Notes under the pieces: generated by a model
What the model saw: the letters and a program-made list of their open reading frames with translations, nothing else
Told to the model about the DNA's origin: nothing
The model's database searches: none
Virus record (IMG/VR): IMGVR_UViG_3300048127_000199
Strand: one strand, 5' to 3'
Source: an uncultured virus (IMG/VR IMGVR_UViG_3300048127_000199)
Taxonomy: Duplodnaviria > Heunggongvirae > Uroviricota > Caudoviricetes
Length of the DNA: 20,000 bases
Translations under genes and position numbers: made by a program
In this document: positions 1-7,940 of the stretch, piece by piece
Layout of the letters: every line of letters starts with the position of its first letter
Position numbering within the stretch: position 1 is the first letter of the stretch

Positions 1-114
1 ACTTTTAGAAAATTAATGAACAGCAATCGTATGTTCAAATTTGGCTTTACTCCATCAATAGCCTTAACAGAAGGCATTCGCCAAACATACAACTGGTATC
101 TTAAAAATGTCTGA
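1..114 (+). CDS. fcl: 3' end of GDP-L-fucose synthase / NAD-dependent epimerase (partial)
   Basis: Frame 1 reads TFRKLMNSNRMFKFGFTPSIALTEGIRQTYNWYLKNV*, matching the Fcl/WcaG C-terminal pattern RKL.D..R...LG..P...L.EG...TY.W. Confidence 0.75.
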   Translation, partial: TFRKLMNSNRMFKFGFTPSIALTEGIRQTYNWYLKNV

Positions 115-346
115 CAAATATACTGGCCCAAGAGATTTTGATGAGCAAACCGATGCATTTCGTTTTGATCTTGATGATATGTGTGATAGATATTTAGAAG
201 AGTTTGACATTAATGTTTTTACAATAGCTGGAGCTTTGATGGAAAAAATTAAAGAGTTACTTGGAGACGATATAGTTTTTAATTTAGATGAGCCAGATGA
301 AGAAGAAGATGATGAAAACCTTGACGATTTTAATCTAGATGGATAG
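107..346 (+). CDS. hypothetical acidic protein
   Basis: 79 aa ORF overlapping the upstream stop, D/E-rich C-terminus. Confidence 0.7.
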   Translation: MSDKYTGPRDFDEQTDAFRFDLDDMCDRYLEEFDINVFTIAGALMEKIKELLGDDIVFNLDEPDEEEDDENLDDFNLDG

Positions 347-503
347 AAATAAAAAATACCAACAAACAGATAAAGGGAAAGAATCATTATCTAGAGCTAG
401 AAAAAAATATGATGAAGCAGACAAGGAAAAACGTAGGCAACAGAAGCGAGATTACATGCGTCGCAAAAGAGAAGAAGACCCGAATTATTGCAAGTGGAAA
501 TAA
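339..503 (+). CDS. small basic hypothetical protein (54 aa, MDRNKKYQQTDKGKESLSRARKKY...YCKWK)
   Basis: Translated by hand; fills the gap and overlaps the previous stop; below ORF-track size cutoff. Confidence 0.65.
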   Translation: MDRNKKYQQTDKGKESLSRARKKYDEADKEKRRQQKRDYMRRKREEDPNYCKWK

Positions 504-508
504 AAACG

Positions 509-515
509 GTGTAAT
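509..515 (+). promoter_or_regulatory. GTGTAAT motif upstream of the DUF1549/1553 gene
   Basis: Same motif as at 3182, 3212, 6033, 7537, 13562; here the ATG (542) is further away than in the other copies. Confidence 0.45.
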
Positions 516-541
516 TTAATCATAATTGTCTATTGATTGTT

Positions 542-2812
542 ATGAAAATTTTAATCTTATTGTTTTTATCTTCAATTTTCTGTTTTGGGGATACGCTATA
601 TTTTAATAACGGAAAAAATCTGAAAGGCGATATTGTAGAGGCGAATGCTACACACGCGTTAATTAAAAGATCAAGTGATCTGCAATTATTCAGGATTTCA
701 ATTGATTCTTTAACAAAAGACAACCAAGCTTATATTAAAAATAATTTTCCACCCAGTCATGAAGCCTTGCCTAAATTTAAAAGACCATTATCTGATAGAG
801 ATTTAAAAACTCATGCTTATTATATTGATAGCTTAATTGAAGCAAAACTCAGAGGATATAATCTTAGGCCAAATAAGGAGGTCGATGATGCTATATATTT
901 ACGTAGAGCATATCTTAAAATTATCGGGAGGACCCCTTCTTTAGCAGAAGTAAACTCTTTTTTTGATGATAAAGATAAAAATAAAAGATCAAAATTAGTT
1001 GATCAGTTATTAGGTAGTGAAGGATATGTAAGTCACTGGTTTAATTTTTGGGCGGATATATTAAGAATTAAAGATAGGTTAACCAATAGAATATCTGGAG
1101 TGCCTTATAAGAATTATGTAAAAGAGTTTATATCAAATAACAGACCATACGATGAATGGGTTAGAGAAATGTTATCCTCATCAGGCTCTCTATGGGTTAA
1201 AGGCAACGAAGGAGTAAGTTATTTTGCTCGTGATGTCAATATGCCTCTTGATAGCATGGCTAACACAGTACGTATTTTTTTAGGCACAAGCCTCGAGTGC
1301 GCCCAATGCCATGACCATCCTTTTGATCGTTGGACTCAAAAACAATTTTACGAAATGGCTGCATTCACAAGTGGTTCGACTAATTTGAGAACAAAAAGTC
1401 CAGAAAATTTAAGTGTCTTAAATAGATTAGCGAGAGATGAAAGAAGAAAATTAGAGCAGTCCGATCAACCTCAAAAATCTAGACAGCTACAAAATAGCAT
1501 AAGAGATATCCAAGATATTTTGCAAACTGGATTAACGAGTTTAGGTAACGGAAAGATCAGTTTGCCTAAAGATTATCAGTATGATAATGCAAAACCTAAT
1601 GAAGCTTTACTAGGGAAAACGATTTTCGGTAAAGAGGTAGATATTAAAACTGTTGCTCCAAATGCAGGTTCTAGGGAAATTTATGCTAATTGGTTGGCGT
1701 CTGAATCAAATCCAAGATTTACAGCTGTTATTGTAAATCGCTTGTGGAAGGAAGTTTTTGGATTAGCTTTAATAGAGCCAATTGATAATATGTTCGATGA
1801 CACTCTTGCTACCGACCCAAAATTGCAATTACATCTAGAAAAAGTCATGGTTGCCTTAAATTATGATTTAAGAGAGTTTTTAAGAATATTGTATAACACT
1901 AAAACATTCCAAAAAGAGTCTGTAACCAGAGATGTAATACCTAAGGATAATAAAGATCAATCTATGCCTGTAGAAGTTGAGTGGATTATCGCAGGGCCAA
2001 ATACCAAAGCTCAGTCTAAAGGAGCTGTCCCTTATTTTTATCAAGGGCCGATATTAGAAAGAATGAGTGGGGAGCAAATTTGGGATTCTTTAGTAAATTT
2101 AACATTTGATAATATAGATTCTAGAAAATTAGAGCAGAATACAAAAGGCTATGAACAATTCGAAACTCTTTCGTCTATGACTGGAGAAGAATTATTTAAA
2201 GATATAATGGCTAAAATAAATAAAACTGAAAGGCCTAAAGAGGCAAGTAAAACAAAATTTGGTAAACCTATAAATACTGATTGTCCTATTAAGCCTGGTA
2301 GAGCAATCGACCCAACGTTGTTAGCTTTAAACGAAAATGGAGAAACTTTAGCATTTTGTTGTGAATCTTGCGTAGATAAATACAAATCTCAAAAGAAAGT
2401 CAGAGAGCAACAATACAAGCAGAATTTTGTGAAAGATAGAAATTCAGTTAGAGCCTCCGAACTATCTTCTCCTGCTCCGATTGGTCATTTAATCAGAGAG
2501 TTTGGTGGCTCAGATAGAGAGCAGATCGAAAATGCAGAAAACAGCGCCTCGGCGACACAGGTATTAAATTTATTAAACGGCTTCGTTGAAACAAGACTAT
2601 TGAAAAATAAAAACTTTGAAGTTATTAAAGCAATTGAATCCCAAAAGGCGTTAAGTGATAAAATAACAGTAGGTTATAAATATATATTAAACCGAGAGCC
2701 TACTTCTAAAGAATTAAGGATATTTACTGATAATTTAAAAAATACGAAAGATGCATATAAAGAAATAATATGGGTATTAATTAATAGTCATGAATTTATG
2801 TTTGTTAGGTAA
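542..2812 (+). CDS. secreted DUF1549/DUF1553 (PSCyt2/PSD1-type) protein with CxxCH motif and YHS-like insertion
   Basis: Signal peptide MKILILLFLSSIFCFG; YLRRAYLKIIGRTP, W..FWADILR, FLGTSLECAQCHDHPFDRWTQKQFYEMAAF, NPRFTAVIVNRLWKEVFG, C-terminal IIWVLINSHEF; CP...GETLAFCCESC YHS-like motif. ATG 542 preferred over the 533 start. Confidence 0.9.
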   Translation: MKILILLFLSSIFCFGDTLYFNNGKNLKGDIVEANATHALIKRSSDLQLFRISIDSLTKDNQAYIKNNFPPSHEALPKFKRPLSDRDLKTHAYYIDSLIEAKLRGYNLRPNKEVDDAIYLRRAYLKIIGRTPSLAEVNSFFDDKDKNKRSKLVDQLLGSEGYVSHWFNFWADILRIKDRLTNRISGVPYKNYVKEFISNNRPYDEWVREMLSSSGSLWVKGNEGVSYFARDVNMPLDSMANTVRIFLGTSLECAQCHDHPFDRWTQKQFYEMAAFTSGSTNLRTKSPENLSVLNRLARDERRKLEQSDQPQKSRQLQNSIRDIQDILQTGLTSLGNGKISLPKDYQYDNAKPNEALLGKTIFGKEVDIKTVAPNAGSREIYANWLASESNPRFTAVIVNRLWKEVFGLALIEPIDNMFDDTLATDPKLQLHLEKVMVALNYDLREFLRILYNTKTFQKESVTRDVIPKDNKDQSMPVEVEWIIAGPNTKAQSKGAVPYFYQGPILERMSGEQIWDSLVNLTFDNIDSRKLEQNTKGYEQFETLSSMTGEELFKDIMAKINKTERPKEASKTKFGKPINTDCPIKPGRAIDPTLLALNENGETLAFCCESCVDKYKSQKKVREQQYKQNFVKDRNSVRASELSSPAPIGHLIREFGGSDREQIENAENSASATQVLNLLNGFVETRLLKNKNFEVIKAIESQKALSDKITVGYKYILNREPTSKELRIFTDNLKNTKDAYKEIIWVLINSHEFMFVR

Positions 2813-3174
2813 TCCCATCTATTATATTTAAAAAAATAAATCATATCATCTTTTATATAAATCCAACCCCATTTCTCTGTATAAAAATACCCTTTATAGC
2901 TTGGAGCATTATATATCCATCCTAATTTTTCAGAATACAACCAACTTCTAGAAATAGATTTTTTGTAAGTTCCATAAACTCTCCCCAAAGTTTTCATTGT
3001 GAACCACAAGCCTTTCGGTTTTTTACCGCATCTTGCCATCCATTCGCCAAGATCTAACGGTTGAGTAGATTTAGCTTGATTTTTGCACCAATCGCAATTA
3101 TCTAGAAAATCTTTTCTTTCCACCCTTGCTTCTAGACAAATATATATTAATATAAAAAGAAGCGAAAACCTCAT
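2788..3174 (-). CDS. secreted/membrane protein with Trp/Tyr/Gly-rich repeats (WLYSEKLGWIY...FYTEKWGWIY)
   Basis: N-terminal hydrophobic signal, repeated GWIY motif, GTGTA motif 9 nt upstream of its ATG. Confidence 0.75.
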   Translation of the reverse strand: MRFSLLFILIYICLEARVERKDFLDNCDWCKNQAKSTQPLDLGEWMARCGKKPKGLWFTMKTLGRVYGTYKKSISRSWLYSEKLGWIYNAPSYKGYFYTEKWGWIYIKDDMIYFFKYNRWDYLTNINS

Positions 3175-3181
3175 ATATTAT

Positions 3182-3188
3182 ATTACAC
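3182..3188 (-). promoter_or_regulatory. GTGTAAT motif, GTGTA 9 nt before ATG 3174
   Basis: Minus strand reads aaGTGTAatataatatATG. Confidence 0.6.
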
Positions 3189-3211
3189 TTGTGTTGATTT
3201 TTCTTTAAAAT

Positions 3212-3218
3212 GTGTAAT
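3212..3218 (+). promoter_or_regulatory. GTGTAAT motif, GTGTA 11 nt before ATG 3228
   Basis: GTGTAataataatattATG; a weaker TTGATT lies at 3194-3199. Confidence 0.55.
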
Positions 3219-3227
3219 AATAATATT

Positions 3228-4520
3228 ATGAACTTAAATACAATTGATGAATTAGGGAGAAGAGAATTTATAGCGCATGCCGCAAAAGCATGCTTCGGAG
3301 TAGGGCTTATGCCGATGGCAGGAGCTTATATTAACAATACAGTGAGCGCTCTTGAGCCTAGTACTAGAGTTCCGACAGCTAGGCATGTCATTTATTTAAA
3401 TATGTCAGGAGCGATGTCGCATCTTGACACATTTGCCCCAAAGCCTGACGCTCCTGATATTCAAGGGCCTACCAAATCAATTGCAACAAGCGCTGATGGA
3501 GTTATTTTATCCGAAAATCTACCAAAAACAGCGGAACTAATGCATCTTGGGTCAATTATCAAAACAATGAATACTAGTCAAGGAGCCCACATGCAAGCAA
3601 GTTATTTAATGCACACTAGTTATCTTAAGAGGGGCACAATTGTGCATCCTACATTCGGGAGTTGGGTGTCAAAACTTTCAGGTTCAATGAATAAAACAAT
3701 ACCTAGCAATGTTAAGATTGGAGGTGGAGGAGGCGGAGCTGGCTTTCTAGAGTCTAAATACGGCGCTCTTCCCATTAACAACCCTTCCTCAGGTCTAGCT
3801 AATAGTAAAATGGCTTCGTATTTAGATCATGAGCATTTTCAAAGCAGAATATCTATTGCCGAGCAATTGAATCAAAATTTTTCTACAGAATTTCCATTAA
3901 AACAAGTAAGAGCTTACAGTGACTTATATAAAGACGCAATAAAATTAATGAATAGTAATGATCTAAATGCTTTTGATATCACTAAAGAGCCAGCATCTGC
4001 AAGTGATCTTTATGGAAACACTAACTTCGGTAAAGGTTGCTTGTTAGCTAAAAGGCTAGTTGAGCATGGTGTTAGGTATGTAGAAGTTACGCGAGGAGGT
4101 TGGGATACTCATGATAATAACTTTGAAAGAGTTGCTGCAAATTGTGCTGATATCGATCAAGCTTTAAGCGGACTTCTTATTGATTTAGACAGAAGAGGGC
4201 TTTTATCAGAGACTTTGGTTGTATTAACCTCTGAATTTGGCAGAACGCCAAACATAAATGGAAGAGACGGGAGAGACCATTGGCCTTATTGCTTCACAGC
4301 TTTTCTCGCAGGAGGTGGAGTGAAAGGTGGATTTACTTATGGTGAGACAGACAAAACAGGCAGATCTCCTGTTGAAGGAAAACCTATCAAGCCAGAAGAT
4401 TTGAATGCTACTATAGCTCATACCCTTGGTTTATCTTTAAATAATTATCAATATTCCCCGTCAGGAAGACCTTTTACTATAGCCCATAAAGGCGAGCCTT
4501 TGTTTGATATTTTATCTTGA
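3228..4520 (+). CDS. DUF1501 family protein with twin-arginine (Tat) signal
   Basis: GRREFI Tat motif; VIYLNMSGAMSHLDTFAPKP, FGKGCLLAKRLVEHGVRYVEV, GGWDTH, SEFGRTP.IN...GRDHWP, LAGGGVKGG..YGETD. Start 3228 preferred over 3210. Confidence 0.93.
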   Translation: MNLNTIDELGRREFIAHAAKACFGVGLMPMAGAYINNTVSALEPSTRVPTARHVIYLNMSGAMSHLDTFAPKPDAPDIQGPTKSIATSADGVILSENLPKTAELMHLGSIIKTMNTSQGAHMQASYLMHTSYLKRGTIVHPTFGSWVSKLSGSMNKTIPSNVKIGGGGGGAGFLESKYGALPINNPSSGLANSKMASYLDHEHFQSRISIAEQLNQNFSTEFPLKQVRAYSDLYKDAIKLMNSNDLNAFDITKEPASASDLYGNTNFGKGCLLAKRLVEHGVRYVEVTRGGWDTHDNNFERVAANCADIDQALSGLLIDLDRRGLLSETLVVLTSEFGRTPNINGRDGRDHWPYCFTAFLAGGGVKGGFTYGETDKTGRSPVEGKPIKPEDLNATIAHTLGLSLNNYQYSPSGRPFTIAHKGEPLFDILS

Positions 4521-4545
4521 CAAATAATTTAAATTCATCTATAAT
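4517..4545 (+). promoter_or_regulatory. sigma70-type promoter TTGACA-N17-TATAAT, ATG 6 nt after the -10
   Basis: Perfect consensus; the -35 overlaps the DUF1501 stop codon. Confidence 0.85.
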
Positions 4546-4551
4546 CATTAG

Positions 4552-5127
4552 ATGAATAAATTACCCAAAATTATTGGATTAACAGGATTCGCTAGAAGTG
4601 GTAAAGATACTTTTTTTACCGCCATTAACATGCTTTCAAGAGAGATGGGTCTACCAGATTTTCGAAGATTCGCTTTTGCTGATGAATTAAAAAAAGAATG
4701 CGACCCTTTTTTGCTTGATAACATAGGAATATCTGCTTGGACTCAAGAAAATGAATCTAAAGAATTAATCCGCCCTTTTTTAGTGACTTATGGGACTCAT
4801 ATAAGAAGAAAGTTAGATCAAAATTGCTGGATCAATAAAATAAAAGATTCAGTTGAATATTGTTCTGCTAACAGCGAAATACCTGTTATTACAGATGTTA
4901 GGTATGAAAATGAGGCTGCATGGATTAAAGAAAATGATGGAGTTATCGTGGAGATTATTAGACAGTCTGTTGCTCCTGCTAATGAAGAAGAAAAGAGAGA
5001 GTCGTTAAAGCTTATGAATTATAGAGATTTTGTTGTTTCTTGGCCTACGTTTGGCGATGACAGCATGGCAGAGTGCGTAGGTTTTGCTCGCTCTTTTTTG
5101 TCTGATATTCAATGCGTTTTAGCATAA
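4552..5127 (+). CDS. deoxynucleoside monophosphate kinase (T4 gp1-like P-loop kinase)
   Basis: IIGLTGFARSGKDT Walker A, FAFADELK, VITDVRYENEA motifs. Confidence 0.85.
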   Translation: MNKLPKIIGLTGFARSGKDTFFTAINMLSREMGLPDFRRFAFADELKKECDPFLLDNIGISAWTQENESKELIRPFLVTYGTHIRRKLDQNCWINKIKDSVEYCSANSEIPVITDVRYENEAAWIKENDGVIVEIIRQSVAPANEEEKRESLKLMNYRDFVVSWPTFGDDSMAECVGFARSFLSDIQCVLA

Positions 5128-5765
5128 TGAATCAAATTAAATATAAACTTGATCTATATAGCAAGTATTTTTTTAATTTAAATTCAAACCTATCTATTGA
5201 AGAAAATTTATTTATTAGTAAATGTATTTCAAATATAGATGAAAAAGATATTTTTATAAATGAGCATATCTCTGCGTATACCTTTTGTCCATCAGTTGAT
5301 AACTCAGGATTAATTAATTATGGAAGATTTGCTTTTGGTAAAAAGACTAAAAATAAATACTTCTACAACTTAGTCGAGCAGCTGTTCAACTTCTTAAATA
5401 TCAATATTCATAATTCAAAAGTTAATTTTTTTTATTATGGAGTAGGTTGGGATTATTTAAATCATTTAATAAAGTTTTATCAATTAAGCTCAGATTATCG
5501 CAATATTTACTGCGAAGAGTTTTTGGTAGATCGCGCGAACTTCAAAAACAACTATATGGTAAAATCTAAAGAATATTCCGTAGGGATCGACAACACAATC
5601 ATGAACAAAGATGACGCAAATGTTAATCAAATTAACTTAAATAATAATTCTAAAGTCTTTGATAATTCTTATGCTAATGATTTGTGTGACAAAATGAAAT
5701 CTTTAGATTTTTTGTTAGACACTTATAGTATATACAATAATAAAACTACTTTATATTTTGACTAA
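5127..5765 (+). CDS. hypothetical Asn/aromatic-rich protein
   Basis: ORF track 5112..5765; the TAATG stop-start overlap at 5125-5129 suggests start 5127. Confidence 0.7.
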   Translation: MNQIKYKLDLYSKYFFNLNSNLSIEENLFISKCISNIDEKDIFINEHISAYTFCPSVDNSGLINYGRFAFGKKTKNKYFYNLVEQLFNFLNINIHNSKVNFFYYGVGWDYLNHLIKFYQLSSDYRNIYCEEFLVDRANFKNNYMVKSKEYSVGIDNTIMNKDDANVNQINLNNNSKVFDNSYANDLCDKMKSLDFLLDTYSIYNNKTTLYFD

Positions 5766-5772
5766 TTTTTTC

Positions 5773-5801
5773 TTGACATTTCGCAAATAAACACTTATAA
5801 T
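5773..5801 (+). promoter_or_regulatory. sigma70-type promoter TTGACA-N17-TATAAT, ATG 7 nt after the -10
   Basis: Perfect consensus in intergenic DNA. Confidence 0.85.
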
Positions 5802-5808
5802 TTATAAC

Positions 5809-6030
5809 ATGAACAATAAATTCCTATCTATTCTTGAATATTCTTTAAATAAGTTTATGCCATATGTTTTAATTAGTTTTTTAGTATTTTTTGAATTTGG
5901 ATTTTATAAAGTTCAGCCATATATAATTATGGGGCTTTTGTGTTTTTTAGACAAACATTCTTTTAGAGTAGGTTATGCCGTAGCTCTTTGCGAAGAAAGG
6001 GGAGTTGATCTTGAGAAATGGGACAAATAA
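5809..6030 (+). CDS. small membrane protein
   Basis: 73 aa with hydrophobic segments, directly after a promoter. Confidence 0.7.
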   Translation: MNNKFLSILEYSLNKFMPYVLISFLVFFEFGFYKVQPYIIMGLLCFLDKHSFRVGYAVALCEERGVDLEKWDK

Positions 6031-6032
6031 AA

Positions 6033-6039
6033 GTGTAAT
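6033..6039 (+). promoter_or_regulatory. GTGTAAT motif, GTGTA 9 nt before in-frame GTG 6047
   Basis: aaGTGTAatattatttGTG immediately after the upstream stop. Confidence 0.6.
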
Positions 6040-6046
6040 ATTATTT

Positions 6047-6259
6047 GTGCAAGAGAGAATAATAAATTTGCTATTGACTATAATCGGGTGTTGTGTAGTT
6101 TTTTATATTTTTAAACAGAATCACGAAATAACATATTTAAAAGATACCATTAAAATACAGCATGAAGCGATAGAAAGACAAAATGTTTTAATTGATTTTC
6201 AAAAAAGAATCATGTATCCAAATAATCCGCAAAATGAATTTCAGCCAACTTATAAATAA
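6047..6259 (+). CDS. small protein, N-terminal TM helix plus coiled coil
   Basis: LLLTIIGCCVVFYIF followed by a heptad-like segment; GTG start inferred from motif spacing. Confidence 0.65.
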   Translation: MQERIINLLLTIIGCCVVFYIFKQNHEITYLKDTIKIQHEAIERQNVLIDFQKRIMYPNNPQNEFQPTYK

Positions 6260-6635
6260 GCAATCTTACAAAAAGATATTTAATAAACTATATTCCAGCC
6301 AACTTAAATACGAAGAACCTAAAAGTATTAGAGAAATCGATGTAGAAGCTAGAAGTGCATGGGATTTCTTATTACAAGCTCAACCCCAAAGATCAAAGCA
6401 CGAAATCCATGTTGGATTCTGTAAAGATTTCCAAAGCGAAGATTTTCCTTGTGCAGAGCTTCGTCATACCAAAAGCAAGCTTTTTCATAATTTCAATGAA
6501 GCTCCTTGGCAAGAAGTTTTGGGATCAAATATAGTAAATTCGTCAAGTTTGTCAGATGAAGAAGTTTGTGCTACAATTTTTTGGTTCTTGACTATGAACT
6601 CTTTTAAGCCAAATAAAGAACTTGATCATGCTTAG
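6234..6635 (+). CDS. hypothetical protein
   Basis: ORF track 6192..6635; first ATG at 6234. Confidence 0.65.
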   Translation: MNFSQLINKQSYKKIFNKLYSSQLKYEEPKSIREIDVEARSAWDFLLQAQPQRSKHEIHVGFCKDFQSEDFPCAELRHTKSKLFHNFNEAPWQEVLGSNIVNSSSLSDEEVCATIFWFLTMNSFKPNKELDHA

Positions 6636-6822
6636 AAAATTTTGGCTTATATGGGCTAGAACTCTCGATCATAGAGTGGGAAGAACAGATAATGATGAAC
6701 CTGATATACCTATATTATCATTAAGAGACGCTCAAATAAGTCTTTTATTAAGAAGTTTAATTGTAATAGTTAATTTAATAACTTGTTTTTTTATAGTCGC
6801 AAATATAATAAAAAATTGGTAA
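6628..6822 (+). CDS. small phage membrane protein (FW.IWA...IVN.ITC.FIVANIIKNW)
   Basis: Pattern resembles a small hypothetical family common in aquatic phages (from recall); C-terminal TM segment. Confidence 0.7.
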   Translation: MLRKFWLIWARTLDHRVGRTDNDEPDIPILSLRDAQISLLLRSLIVIVNLITCFFIVANIIKNW

Positions 6823-7275
6823 ATGAATAGTAGTGAAAAAAGGTTCTACGACATGTGTGTGTCCAGAAATTGGAGTGTCGAAAAAGCCTCAAAAAATCAG
6901 GACATGCACGAACATTGGGATTTTAAAGTTAGAGATTCTTTAATTGATGTAAAAGGATTCAAGAAAACCTCTAGGTCTGATGCCTTTTTTAATCACGATG
7001 AAATTTGGATAGAGTTGCAAAATGTGCGAGGCAATAAAGGTTGGTTGCGTGGAAAAGCTGATTACATAGCTTTTGAGCATTCAAAACATTTTTTGATAGT
7101 AAGTCGCCAAGATTTACTAGATTGGTGCAAATCTAAAATTACAAATCGATCTTTTGTTTCAAGCCCGAAAGAAGCTTTGTATAGACTTTATCAGCGTAAA
7201 AATAGAAAAGACATTATATCTATAATTAAAACAGAAGATTTTGTGAAGGATGTAAAAACTTGGGTTTTAAAATGA
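6823..7275 (+). CDS. putative PD-(D/E)XK-fold nuclease
   Basis: HWDF...IDVKG.KK (D...DxK core), IWIELQNVRG.KGWL.G.ADYIAFE. Confidence 0.6.
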   Translation: MNSSEKRFYDMCVSRNWSVEKASKNQDMHEHWDFKVRDSLIDVKGFKKTSRSDAFFNHDEIWIELQNVRGNKGWLRGKADYIAFEHSKHFLIVSRQDLLDWCKSKITNRSFVSSPKEALYRLYQRKNRKDIISIIKTEDFVKDVKTWVLK

Positions 7276-7278
7276 ATC

Positions 7279-7536
7279 ATGTATGACAGCGGCTTAAATA
7301 ATGAATTCGAAAAAGCTCATCAGAAAGGTTTGCATAGAGGATTTGATTTAGGCTGGTCATATAAAGGAAAGTTTGACAGGCAAATAATACAAGACAAAAT
7401 TATAGAGCTTGAAAAGAAATATGAAGCTAGAAAATCTAAAAAAACTTTGAATGAAATAAATATTCTACGAACTGTTTTAACGCAAATAAAAGACCATAAA
7501 TGTAACAGAGAAAACATCACTTTAAACTTTTGGTAA
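7279..7536 (+). CDS. hypothetical protein
   Basis: 85 aa ORF in the tandem gene array. Confidence 0.65.
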   Translation: MYDSGLNNEFEKAHQKGLHRGFDLGWSYKGKFDRQIIQDKIIELEKKYEARKSKKTLNEINILRTVLTQIKDHKCNRENITLNFW

Positions 7537-7543
7537 GTGTAAT
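7537..7543 (+). promoter_or_regulatory. GTGTAAT motif, GTGTA 9 nt before in-frame GTG 7551
   Basis: taaGTGTAatatattttGTG. Confidence 0.6.
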
Positions 7544-7550
7544 ATATTTT

Positions 7551-7940
7551 GTGGAACATAAACATCTTTTAGTTAATGCTACTTTCGAGCAGACCCCATT
7601 TACGAATACAGATTTCACAAATAAATGGCTTTTAAAAATTGTTAAATTAATTGACATGGAAGTTTTGCATGAACCTGTCTCGGTGAGATGTGATGAAAAA
7701 AATAACGAGGGCGTTAGCGGGTTCTGTTTAATAACAACGAGTCATTTATCTTTGCATTCTTGGGAGAAAAAAACTCCGAATTTATTACAACTTGATGTCT
7801 ATAGTTGTAAAGATTTTGACCCTCATTTAATTGAGTATGAAATTAAAAAATTTCATCCAATATCTCTTGGGTTAAAATTCCTAGATAGAAGAGTACGAAA
7901 TACTAAAGGATGGTCAATGTTTGATGAAAGCAAGGCATGA
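7551..7940 (+). CDS. speD: S-adenosylmethionine decarboxylase-fold pyruvoyl proenzyme, divergent (TTSH at the cleavage site)
   Basis: HKHLLVN, GVSGFCLITTSHLSLHSW, QLDVYSCKDFD; GTG start at 7551. Confidence 0.8.
   Translation: MEHKHLLVNATFEQTPFTNTDFTNKWLLKIVKLIDMEVLHEPVSVRCDEKNNEGVSGFCLITTSHLSLHSWEKKTPNLLQLDVYSCKDFDPHLIEYEIKKFHPISLGLKFLDRRVRNTKGWSMFDESKA

Noticed and set aside
542..4520. Window is a chromosome segment of a PVC bacterium
   Set aside because: The rest is dominated by tiny overlapping hypothetical ORFs, a T4 gp1-like kinase, orphan RuvB and homing-type nucleases with no housekeeping operons; a phage origin is favoured, though no structural gene is present to prove it
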